Positions 1 to 8,797 of a DNA stretch of 64,000 nt are shown in pieces. The translations under genes and the position numbers were made by a program. The stretch is from the IMG/VR virus record IMGVR_UViG_3300027788_000008, positions 11,279 to 75,278 of that record; one strand, given 5' to 3'. The stretch is from a virus. The notes under the pieces were generated by a model. That model worked only from the letters and a program-made list of their open reading frames with translations, was not told where the DNA came from and searched no databases. Each line of letters begins with the position of its first letter. Position 1 is the stretch's first letter.

Positions 1-744
1 ATAACCTTCCCAGAAGATATCGAAACATATAAAGGCCAGGTACGGTTCACTTTGGTGGATAATGAGGATCAAGTTATTACAGGCAGACAAGTCAACCTGT
101 TCTTGCCTACGGGTTTGCAGTATTCTGATAAAGTAGAGTACGAGAATGCTGATCTTGGCGGAGTCGGCGCAGTAATGGCAGGCGGCGCAGGAAATACAAT
201 GGGTGGTGCTCCTTCTGAGGCAATGGGCAGCGAAGATGTACGAAAGAGTATTATGGCATCCATCGCATCAAAACTTGGAGATACTACTGGACAGATTGGC
301 CGCGCAAGAACAAAGACCGCACCCAACCCAAACACACGTGCCTTATTTAAACAGGTTCATCTCCGCTCTTTTTCATTCCAATTCAAACTTATACCAACCA
401 CGGAAACAGAAGCAAACAAAATCACTAATATAGTTAAACTGTTTAGAACAGAGTTGTACCCCGATGAGATACCTTATACCGTTCCAGTGACGGGATCCAT
501 CATAAGTGTCGGTTATAATTTTCCGAATAGGTTTAAGATAGAGCAGTTTTATGATAACCGTTTAAATATACACGCACAGAAGATCAAACCAGCATACCTT
601 GATTCTTTCACCACAAACTATAATACAACGACCCAAGCATACTTTCAGGGCGAGAACGGCGCATATTTTTCTGAAGTTGATATTGCCATGACCTTTACTG
701 AGTCTAAGACTCTTTCTAGAATAAGTATAGGAGAGGGATTCTAA
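1..744 (+). CDS. g48: Baseplate tail-tube cap, T4 gp48-like (5' truncated by window edge)
   Basis: Frame is open from base 1 (ITFPEDIETYKGQVRF...). Has NPNTRALFKQVHLRSFSFQFKLIP..EA..I..IVKLFR and a 'MTFTE' end, typical of the gp48/tube-fold family. Lies upstream of gp53. Confidence 0.8.
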   Translation: MTFPEDIETYKGQVRFTLVDNEDQVITGRQVNLFLPTGLQYSDKVEYENADLGGVGAVMAGGAGNTMGGAPSEAMGSEDVRKSIMASIASKLGDTTGQIGRARTKTAPNPNTRALFKQVHLRSFSFQFKLIPTTETEANKITNIVKLFRTELYPDEIPYTVPVTGSIISVGYNFPNRFKIEQFYDNRLNIHAQKIKPAYLDSFTTNYNTTTQAYFQGENGAYFSEVDIAMTFTESKTLSRISIGEGF

Positions 745-745
745 A

Positions 746-1702
746 ATGTCTGGAACTAAATTTTTCAAGAACTTCCCTGAAACCGATTATCGTTTTGGCG
801 ATAATGAACGTCCAGTCCCATTCGATAATCTTTCGGTGTATATCGATATCTTTGATCAAGTTCGTGAAGATTACATCTATTATGAATCATATTATATAAA
901 GAACAACCAAAGACCCGATCAACTCTCGTATGAAATTTATGGAACGACAGACTACTATTGGACTTTCTTTTTATCCAATGAACACCTGCGCGTTCACGGG
1001 TGGCCACTTGACAATTCTGAGATATATGCTCAGGCAAAACTCTATTACCCCAATCAATCGATCTCTACTAACGGTGTCAGCACAGGTTCCAGCACAAACG
1101 AATTGGGGGTCAGAGCAACAGACCCTCTTTGTGTTAGCACTAAGTTCATTCCAGGTGCATGGGTTTGGATACCCAGCACCAGACAGGTCGTACAAATATT
1201 ACGGATTGACCAGCAACTCGCCACCATCTATCTAGATACAAAGGAACCAATCTCATCTGGATATGGTGACAGTGCTATTGTTGTTTCCGCTGCCAATGCC
1301 ACCCTAATCAAACAGATGTATATAGATGCACTGGCAGCTGCGCAGGAAGACGATTCGGTCTACACCCTGCCAAACTTCCAGAACATACCCGACCTAATCC
1401 TTGAAACGACAACCATAGAGAAAGCATACCTTGGTTACGATTCGATCCATCATTATGAGCGAGACGTTGTAGATAGTTTTACGAGTAGGGTGGTGAAACA
1501 ATGGGTCTATCCTCAATTCCAAACCTCCAGAGAACTCGCGTATGCGTTTGACTGGTCCACTGTCTCCACTGAAGAGTCTGTGACATACCTGCAAAGGATG
1601 CAAGAAACGAATGATGATATTAGATCAATTTCTATCATTCGCCCATCAACGATAACACAGGTTGTTTCTGAGTTCAATGCGCTGCTGAAGCAGAGGTTAT
1701 AA
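746..1702 (+). CDS. g53: Baseplate wedge subunit gp53 (LysM-like)
   Basis: FFKNFP..DY and RPDQLSYEIYGTTDYYWTFFLSN motifs, 'SIHHYE', C-terminal 'RSISIIRP'. Confidence 0.88.
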   Translation: MSGTKFFKNFPETDYRFGDNERPVPFDNLSVYIDIFDQVREDYIYYESYYIKNNQRPDQLSYEIYGTTDYYWTFFLSNEHLRVHGWPLDNSEIYAQAKLYYPNQSISTNGVSTGSSTNELGVRATDPLCVSTKFIPGAWVWIPSTRQVVQILRIDQQLATIYLDTKEPISSGYGDSAIVVSAANATLIKQMYIDALAAAQEDDSVYTLPNFQNIPDLILETTTIEKAYLGYDSIHHYERDVVDSFTSRVVKQWVYPQFQTSRELAYAFDWSTVSTEESVTYLQRMQETNDDIRSISIIRPSTITQVVSEFNALLKQRL

Positions 1703-3084
1703 TGCCACAAACCAACGCGCAAGAATTTAAGATTACTGAAGCGACTATCTTCGCTGAAAGATTTGAAGAAGAATACAACATAACAATGTACCTCGGAGAG
1801 TTGTCTTTTTTCGAGGATTTAGAGAAACCATACGTCACCGCACAAATAGTTTGTATGGATGACCTCGGGGTTTTTGATGAAATAAAGATCCGTGGATCTG
1901 AGCAAATAAGATTTACTGTGGGCACCGCAGAGGAACAACCAAACGGAGAGTTATCATTTACCATAGTGATGAACATTGTTTCGATTATACAAACGAATAA
2001 GGTCGGCGACAGATCTGAGATTTATCACATCAACTGTATCTCCCCTCATGCATATCGCGATGCCAACGTAAAGATCTCGCGATCCTATACAGGAAAATTA
2101 GAGTTAATCGCTCAAGCAATCCTAAAGAACCATCTCGACGTCGACGTTGATACATCTTATATGGGTGCTTGGACTTCTATGCAGAAACCTGTTAAGATAA
2201 TAACTCCATACATCAGCCCACTAGAGTCCGTTGAATGGTTGATGAACCGTGCCACAACTTTGATTGGTTCCCCTTTCTATGTCTGGCAAACTATATATGA
2301 CCAAACGACTGACGGTCATGATACTCTCCGCTTTGGCAATATGGAGTTTATGATGAATGCCGCCACGTTCAACGAAGATCTCCCTCTGACATACTCCGCC
2401 GCCACATCAGCGAGCGTGGCAGATAAAAAACATCAAAGTCAGACAGGTGTTAAGAGTATAAGGGCAGAGAATATACAAGACACGCTGAAGATGATACACG
2501 AAGGTGCTATAGGTTCTAACCTAAATACAACGGACACGTTCACTGGACAGAGTTTTAGTAGGCACTATTCGATCACCGAACATCTTGAGAGACTAGAAAC
2601 CATGAGAGTTGTTCCATACGGTGCTGACCAAAATGTATTTGATGATCAGCAATCGCTGACCTTTTCTGGACAAAAAAAACCAATATCTGCCTGGAACGCT
2701 CGCGAATTCAGTACAATTACATCGTATGGAACATATGGTTTTGTAAATAGTTATCATGACGTGCAGGATGCTTCTGAGGCACTGAACAAACTACGTGCAC
2801 CTGCTGTGAAGAGTATGTTTAACAAAAACATGTTTGATATAGTAATACCAGGAATTGTTTTCTTCGCAGAACTAGGCAACGGCAATTCCGGTGTTTCTGT
2901 CGGAGATACGGTGTTTATAGACTTCCTGTCTTCTAATACTGATGATGACGCAGGCGGGGTCTATAATGAAGAAATGTCTGGTAAGTATTTGATTCATAAA
3001 TGTAGGAATATATTCAAGAACACCACGCATGAGATTGTTGTCACGATATCCAAGATTGCAACCAAGCCGGTAAAAATGATATGA
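1702..3084 (+). CDS. Baseplate hub protein (gp27-like by position and layout)
   Basis: Lies between gp53 and gp5. Has 'FFEDLEKPYVTAQI..DD' at the N-terminus and 'SVGDTVFIDF...SGKYLI..CRNIF' at the C-terminus, as in hub/late-control-D-like proteins. Confidence 0.55.
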   Translation: MPQTNAQEFKITEATIFAERFEEEYNITMYLGELSFFEDLEKPYVTAQIVCMDDLGVFDEIKIRGSEQIRFTVGTAEEQPNGELSFTIVMNIVSIIQTNKVGDRSEIYHINCISPHAYRDANVKISRSYTGKLELIAQAILKNHLDVDVDTSYMGAWTSMQKPVKIITPYISPLESVEWLMNRATTLIGSPFYVWQTIYDQTTDGHDTLRFGNMEFMMNAATFNEDLPLTYSAATSASVADKKHQSQTGVKSIRAENIQDTLKMIHEGAIGSNLNTTDTFTGQSFSRHYSITEHLERLETMRVVPYGADQNVFDDQQSLTFSGQKKPISAWNAREFSTITSYGTYGFVNSYHDVQDASEALNKLRAPAVKSMFNKNMFDIVIPGIVFFAELGNGNSGVSVGDTVFIDFLSSNTDDDAGGVYNEEMSGKYLIHKCRNIFKNTTHEIVVTISKIATKPVKMI

Positions 3085-4001
3085 ATGTCATATCCTCAGA
3101 GTATTATGGTGATGACGTCCGTTGGTTTGTCGCTACTGTTATAGACAATTCTCCGCCATATGGTCTTGAAGGTAGAGTACAGGTTCGAATACACGGTATA
3201 CATTCAACAGACGTTAATGATATCCCGCAATTAGACCTACCATGGGCCCAAGTGATGTCGCCCAGCGACACATATGGTAGTTCTGGAATGGGTACGCACT
3301 GTCAGATACTTCCTGGCTCTTTGGTCTTTGGTATGTTCCTTGATGGTAAACACTCACAACTGCCTATGGTACTTGGTTCTTTGCCAAGAATCGAATATCC
3401 TTCTTCCGTCCAGGCATCTGGACAAAAAGACCAAGAATCATCTCCGTTTTCTTATGACTTTCAACAGTCTAATTCGCAATTCCAAGACCCTGTTTTCTAT
3501 AATGAGTACGATCCAGAGAATACGTCATTCCTAGACTATGTTTCAGTGGACGTTGCTAGGTTCTTTATCGACAACGGATATACAGCAAAACAGGCAAGTT
3601 GCATCACTGGTGTTTTATACTCAGTCAGCGGACTAGACTCAAAATTCTCCTCTGGATACGGTTTATACGGCATTGCTGGGTGGAAAATCGGAAGTCCCCG
3701 ATATACAATGCTAAATGCATTTATCCAAAGACTCTCACCATCCCGTTCAATAGATGATTTTGATGGACAATTGATGTTTGTTCTCCAAGAACTTAGAACA
3801 ACTAAATCTATTGTATATTCTAAAATGATGCGACTTACAAACATAAGAAACTTGTACGAGGGCGATATCGCGCAACCCGACGCGTTCGTGAACGGACACG
3901 TCTCTGTGCTGCTTAGACACTATATAGACAACCCCCTTACGGATCAGACGGATGCTGAAGGCGTCTCGAAATCTATATATGACTCTCTCGGAGGAAGATA
4001 A
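3081..4001 (+). CDS. g5: gp5 N-terminal half: OB-fold plus degenerate phage tail lysozyme domain
   Basis: WFVATVIDN..P..LEGRVQVRIHGIHS....IP..DLPWAQVM and VFGMFLDGKHSQLPMVLGSL are gp5 OB-fold motifs. The C-terminal part resembles Phage_lysozyme2 without the catalytic Glu. Confidence 0.8.
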   Translation: MNVISSEYYGDDVRWFVATVIDNSPPYGLEGRVQVRIHGIHSTDVNDIPQLDLPWAQVMSPSDTYGSSGMGTHCQILPGSLVFGMFLDGKHSQLPMVLGSLPRIEYPSSVQASGQKDQESSPFSYDFQQSNSQFQDPVFYNEYDPENTSFLDYVSVDVARFFIDNGYTAKQASCITGVLYSVSGLDSKFSSGYGLYGIAGWKIGSPRYTMLNAFIQRLSPSRSIDDFDGQLMFVLQELRTTKSIVYSKMMRLTNIRNLYEGDIAQPDAFVNGHVSVLLRHYIDNPLTDQTDAEGVSKSIYDSLGGR

Positions 4002-4886
4002 TGGCAAAAGTGAACCTCGGTGAACTGAATAATTATGTAAAGTCGCTATACAACCAAGTCAATCTAGAAGAACTGACGGGGATTCACGCTGAAGCTATTC
4101 GTGCTTGGTTTATCGAAAATATGACCAAGATTGGAAGATACTCCAATAGAGACTTTGAGCGGTTTGGATCCTTGTCATCGACACAAGACAGGCAAGGCAG
4201 ACAAGACGGTTGGGTTGCCTTGACCGAAGAGGTTGCAGATATAGACGCTGTTACATACGGCACAGGCGCACTATACATCCATGGAGAGATGGAGATCCCT
4301 GGATCCACAGCAGGGATAAAGGGCGACACTTTTCATCACTGTGACGCCACTGGACAAGATTTCATTAAAACCCCAAAGAGTTATGGTGATACCAAAGGTG
4401 GGTTTTCGGGCGAGGATCGCACCAGTGACCAAGGCGAAAACGAACCGGATTTTGCACTAGGGTTTGTCTGGTCGTTTCTAGAAATACCGGCGCAAGGCGG
4501 AAACCATGGATATACAGCGATCATACAAAGTGTATCCGGTATCCCAATTGCCTCAGAGAAGGCAATTCTCCCGAAGGTCACCTCTGGACGTGCCACCCCT
4601 TCTAGATTTAATGACGGAAGTGTATATCATCTTTCGAACGAGAGAAATAATTACCCATGGGTCATTATAAATTCCACCCAACCAAAAAGTATAGATAACT
4701 TATTGAAAAATACTTTTAACAATGATACCGGCATGTATGACCGTCGAACGCCTTGGATCGCAAGGAAGGGTGGATATGCTCCTGGCAACCGAGTTAAGGT
4801 GACCACTGCCGATAGACAAGAAATATTAAACTACATTTCGCCAACCATCGACGAGTACACTCCATTACCTCAAACGGAAGACGACA
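4001..4886 (+). repeat. Direct repeat copy 1 (~0.88 kb), N-terminal region of paralog A
   Basis: Aligns with 5798..6677 from ATGGCAAAAGTGAACCTCGG to CAAACGGAAGACGACA, with clustered differences. Confidence 0.95.
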
Positions 4887-5773
4887 ACGAAGTGTTCTCG
4901 ATACCAGATGGTCTGGTAATGTCGGGTGACATGAATGTCGAAGCGTTTGGATCACGCACAACGTTGACACATGACATAGTAGTACCAGCTGAAGGGCGTA
5001 CTGTGTCATCAAGTTTTGTTACTAGTTCAGACCCGCTACATGGAGCGCAGTTCAATTTTGAACTGCTCACTCTTCCTGGTGGAATGCTGGAAGTATGGGT
5101 GTCTGATACTCCTGGTGGTCGTGCAGTGTCTGGCGATTGTGGAACCATCAAGTCCGCATTTTTGTCTGTTTTGCACGTCAAGCAGCAGTTGACTGGCAGG
5201 ACGTGTTCTCTCAATACTTCGACTGAATACTTCCTGAACATGCGCCACCTAGATCCTTCGGTGGCAGAGAAAACATATCGTAGGACGACAGCTAAGACAC
5301 TTTCAACTTCGATCGAGGATGAGTTTGATGTTAGTCCCAGTAATGGAAGATTGTTATTGATCGCTCCCATTCCGCACGAGACAATGGGCAACACAATCAG
5401 GCTTGACCAACTTCTCGACCTTCCGGTTGGGCGTGTGGTGTCAAGCATGTTCACCACCATAGACAGTGTGACATCCTATGGTGAATTTGTTTTCCACGAC
5501 GTGCCTGGAGACCCCCTGCCTTATCCATCTGTGAACTTCTGGATTTCTCGCACACCTAATGGAGCTCCTATAGTAACGGGTGTTATGGAAGTAGAGGCCA
5601 TTAAATACAACGGGAACGGTGTCTCTTGGTTGAAGTGGACGAATTACGACGCCGGTTTCTCTGGTTTCATCACATTGGAACCCAACACGGAATATTATCT
5701 AAACGTAGAAGATGTCAATAACTATGGACAATCTGGTCGAATCGATAGATGGATTCGTGTCCTGCGTCTTTAA
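4001..5773 (+). CDS. Putative baseplate-associated virion protein, paralog A (conserved N-terminal ~295 aa plus two C-terminal modules)
   Basis: 590-aa ORF coupled to gp5N by TAATG. N-terminus is nearly identical to 5798..7207. Confidence 0.7.
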   Translation: MAKVNLGELNNYVKSLYNQVNLEELTGIHAEAIRAWFIENMTKIGRYSNRDFERFGSLSSTQDRQGRQDGWVALTEEVADIDAVTYGTGALYIHGEMEIPGSTAGIKGDTFHHCDATGQDFIKTPKSYGDTKGGFSGEDRTSDQGENEPDFALGFVWSFLEIPAQGGNHGYTAIIQSVSGIPIASEKAILPKVTSGRATPSRFNDGSVYHLSNERNNYPWVIINSTQPKSIDNLLKNTFNNDTGMYDRRTPWIARKGGYAPGNRVKVTTADRQEILNYISPTIDEYTPLPQTEDDNEVFSIPDGLVMSGDMNVEAFGSRTTLTHDIVVPAEGRTVSSSFVTSSDPLHGAQFNFELLTLPGGMLEVWVSDTPGGRAVSGDCGTIKSAFLSVLHVKQQLTGRTCSLNTSTEYFLNMRHLDPSVAEKTYRRTTAKTLSTSIEDEFDVSPSNGRLLLIAPIPHETMGNTIRLDQLLDLPVGRVVSSMFTTIDSVTSYGEFVFHDVPGDPLPYPSVNFWISRTPNGAPIVTGVMEVEAIKYNGNGVSWLKWTNYDAGFSGFITLEPNTEYYLNVEDVNNYGQSGRIDRWIRVLRL

Positions 5774-5777
5774 CGAA

Positions 5778-5804
5778 CAGCAACAGAGAATTTTAATATG
5801 GCAA
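5778..5804 (+). repeat. 27-bp exact direct repeat CAGCAACAGAGAATTTTAATATGGCAA, copy 1
   Basis: Identical to 7227..7253. Each copy ends in the start codon of the next gene. Confidence 0.95.
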
Positions 5805-6677
5805 AAGTGAACCTCGGTGAACTGAACAATTATGTAAAGTCACTATACAACCAAGTCAATCTAGAAGAACTGACGGGGATTCATGCAGCTGCTATTCGTG
5901 CTTGGTTTATAGAAAATATGACCAAGATTGGAAGATACTCCAATAGAGACTTTGAGCGGTTTGGATCCTTGTCTACACAAGACAGGCAAGGCAGACAAGA
6001 CGGTTGGGTTGCCTTGACCGAAGAGGTTGTAGACCCAGGAGAAACCACATACGGCACAGGCGCACTATACATCCATGGAGAGATGAGGATTCCTGGATCC
6101 ACAGCAGGGATAAAGGGCGACACTTTTCATCACTGTTCCGACACTGGACAAGATTTCATTAAAACCCCAAAGAGTTATAGTGAGACCAAAGGTGGGTTTT
6201 CGGGCGAGGATCGCACCAGTGACCAAGGCGAAAACGAACCGGATTTTGCACTAGGGTTTGTCTGGTCGTTTGTAGAAATACAACCGCAAAGCGGAAACCA
6301 TGGATATACAGATATCGTAAAAAGTGTATCCGGTATCCCAATTGCCTCAGAGAAGGCAATTCTCCCGAAGGTCACCTCTGGAAGCGTCACCCCTTCTAGA
6401 TTTAATGACGGGAGTGTATATCATCTCTCTAACGAGAGAAATAATTACCCATGGGTCATTATAAATTCCACCCAACCAAAAAGTATAGATAACTTATTGA
6501 AAAATGATATTAACAATTCCAACGGCATGTATGATCGCCGAATTCCTTGGATGGCAAAGGGTGGATATGGACCTTCCAGCCGAATTAAGGTGACCACTGC
6601 CGATAGACAAGAAATATTAAACTACATTTCGCCAACCATCGACGAGTATACTCCATTACCTCAAACGGAAGACGACA
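5798..6677 (+). repeat. Direct repeat copy 2 (~0.88 kb), N-terminal region of paralog B
   Basis: Aligns with 4001..4886. Confidence 0.95.
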
Positions 6678-7207
6678 TGGAACAACGCGAATATTTAGAA
6701 GAAGGGACTTACAGTAATTTAAAATTGCGCGAGACCGCGCCATGGCTTCCTCCGATTATGCACCGCACACAAGTTCATTCAGATGTAATCCCCCTGCCAA
6801 AAGGAACGGTGGTCTCAACCAGGTTCACTACCCCACCTGATAGATTCTCTTCCGGCCAGATAGTTACGATCCATCACCAGCAATATGCCCATTTCATGCC
6901 AATGGTGAACTTCTGGATTTCTAATATACCTAATGGACCTCCTATTGACGCCAACGCCATATTCGAGCGAGGAATTGAGACGTCTGAAATGAACTATACG
7001 ATAGGTTGGAGCTTTCAGAATCGAGTGAGATTGGAACCAGACCGAAACTATTACGTCAACATAGAAGATTCGGATCCCTATGGTTCAGAACCTGGATGGA
7101 CGGGTGGTGGTAATACGCTGCTCGAGGGTAAAATTAAACGCAAAGTTAAGCATTACGGACCAACACCTTCAGACACTGTATTCGCCAACGATCCCGATGC
7201 CGCCTAA
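5798..7207 (+). CDS. Putative baseplate-associated virion protein, paralog B (same N-terminus, one C-terminal module)
   Basis: 469-aa ORF that shares ~293 N-terminal aa with 4001..5773 and diverges after PLPQTEDD. Confidence 0.7.
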   Translation: MAKVNLGELNNYVKSLYNQVNLEELTGIHAAAIRAWFIENMTKIGRYSNRDFERFGSLSTQDRQGRQDGWVALTEEVVDPGETTYGTGALYIHGEMRIPGSTAGIKGDTFHHCSDTGQDFIKTPKSYSETKGGFSGEDRTSDQGENEPDFALGFVWSFVEIQPQSGNHGYTDIVKSVSGIPIASEKAILPKVTSGSVTPSRFNDGSVYHLSNERNNYPWVIINSTQPKSIDNLLKNDINNSNGMYDRRIPWMAKGGYGPSSRIKVTTADRQEILNYISPTIDEYTPLPQTEDDMEQREYLEEGTYSNLKLRETAPWLPPIMHRTQVHSDVIPLPKGTVVSTRFTTPPDRFSSGQIVTIHHQQYAHFMPMVNFWISNIPNGPPIDANAIFERGIETSEMNYTIGWSFQNRVRLEPDRNYYVNIEDSDPYGSEPGWTGGGNTLLEGKIKRKVKHYGPTPSDTVFANDPDAA

Positions 7208-7226
7208 TGGCATCTACGAATAATCG

Positions 7227-7253
7227 CAGCAACAGAGAATTTTAATATGGCAA
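7227..7253 (+). repeat. 27-bp exact direct repeat, copy 2
   Basis: Identical to 5778..5804. Confidence 0.95.
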
Positions 7254-8797
7254 TTTCTTTTCAATCAACCAGCAACCAGCTAATTGCTGAGGGCATAAAG
7301 AATGCAAGTGGATCTCTCGACTCTCTCGCCACATTTTCTGGCGAATCTATGCCAGAAGTTATTCGTAACCAAATTTCTGACCTGATAGCAGAAAACATTA
7401 CTATTGATGGCGACATCCCTTCGGAGATAATCACGGCGGTAGCGGAGATTATGCATAAGTTCACCCCAACGTTGAGTGTCACTGAACTATCAAAGATCCT
7501 TTTAACGAACAGTCTATTTGGACAACTCTCGGGAACCGAACTTACTATTACTTCTATAATACAAGATAACCTCGGCACATTTATGAATCAGTACAACCTT
7601 AAATACCTCGAAATCATTGGAGGGTTTTCGGCAGTTCTGGGCAATTATGGTATAAGTGATGGTCTGGCAGCAATAACAGACAAACTGTCGGGCGACTTAT
7701 CAGTACTTGTTACATCATCGTTAGGCAGTGTGCTCAGTGTATCGGAACTCAGTAAAGTTTCCCCCTCTGTAGTGGCCACATTTCTTAAAGGGGATGGAAT
7801 TATAAACCTAATTACTGATCTGCCCGAAGTATATGCTATGCGTCCTATTCCACACATGATTCAGGCTGGCATCATGGGAGATATCGAGGAGGGACTCGAC
7901 TCAGGTCCACTCGAAGACTTTAATATAGATCTCGATGATCAGTCGGATTTCCAAAGAGACAACTTTGCTGCTGCATATGTCAAGACTTCATCGGGTACAG
8001 AAGTACCATTCCAAACCTTGACAGGAGTAATGGGAAAGACCAGAGGCACAATAGCAGGAACAGTTGAACAAACAGAAATTCTTCCTGGACCTAATCCGTT
8101 TCTGATTGATGCAGATACGATAAACCCATCCGGAAGTTTTATTTCTTCCGTAGAAGAACTTGAGTCAGAAATGGCAAGCATCACTCGGGACATCTCTGAG
8201 GTTATAGTTCACTGGTCTGAGACATACACCAATGCCAACCTCAGTGGCGCACAACTGACAGAACTTACTGGCGCAGGCGATAACGCATATCACTTCATTA
8301 TAAGGCGTGATGGTGCGCTAGAAAGAGGAGTTCCTCTCAATGTAGTCGGTGCGCATTGCGATATCCGTAATCACGACCAATATTCTTTGGGTGTCTGTTT
8401 CGTTGGTGGACTTAATGTTTCTACTGGTTCTTCAAATGTATATGATGTTGCATCATCTCGTTCTCTAACGTTAGCACAATACAACACTTTCTACCAAATT
8501 ATGAGAGTTTTCTTTTTGCAATACCCAGGAGGACAGGCACTGGGACACATGGATATCGACCCTGGACATGAAGACCCTGGATTTGATGTGCGGGATTATG
8601 TACAAACCAACTTCAACAAGCAAAGTTTATACTCGAATCCAGAGTCACAACCTGCTCTGTCTCCCACGGACATCATTGATAAGGATGCCACCGCCAGGAC
8701 GGGTTCTGGTAATTTAGTTCAATACACTGAACAGGATAAAACCCAAAGAATCATTGACAGTATCCAAAGAATCCTAAAAGGAGAAGGTTCAGAATGA
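7247..8797 (+). CDS. Virion-associated N-acetylmuramoyl-L-alanine amidase (Amidase_2/T7-lysozyme-like) with long N-terminal helical region
   Basis: EVIVHWS...AYHFIIRRDG.LERG.P....GAHC...SLGVCFVGG...GHMDID...EDPGFDV. The Zn ligands His/His/Asp and the Tyr appear retained. Confidence 0.85.
   Translation: MAISFQSTSNQLIAEGIKNASGSLDSLATFSGESMPEVIRNQISDLIAENITIDGDIPSEIITAVAEIMHKFTPTLSVTELSKILLTNSLFGQLSGTELTITSIIQDNLGTFMNQYNLKYLEIIGGFSAVLGNYGISDGLAAITDKLSGDLSVLVTSSLGSVLSVSELSKVSPSVVATFLKGDGIINLITDLPEVYAMRPIPHMIQAGIMGDIEEGLDSGPLEDFNIDLDDQSDFQRDNFAAAYVKTSSGTEVPFQTLTGVMGKTRGTIAGTVEQTEILPGPNPFLIDADTINPSGSFISSVEELESEMASITRDISEVIVHWSETYTNANLSGAQLTELTGAGDNAYHFIIRRDGALERGVPLNVVGAHCDIRNHDQYSLGVCFVGGLNVSTGSSNVYDVASSRSLTLAQYNTFYQIMRVFFLQYPGGQALGHMDIDPGHEDPGFDVRDYVQTNFNKQSLYSNPESQPALSPTDIIDKDATARTGSGNLVQYTEQDKTQRIIDSIQRILKGEGSE

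Noticed and set aside
4001-6677. Diversity-generating retroelement (TR/VR) as the explanation for the paralog repeat
   Set aside because: The differences are not adenine-specific, both copies are coding 5' regions of ~0.9 kb, and no reverse transcriptase is present in the window.
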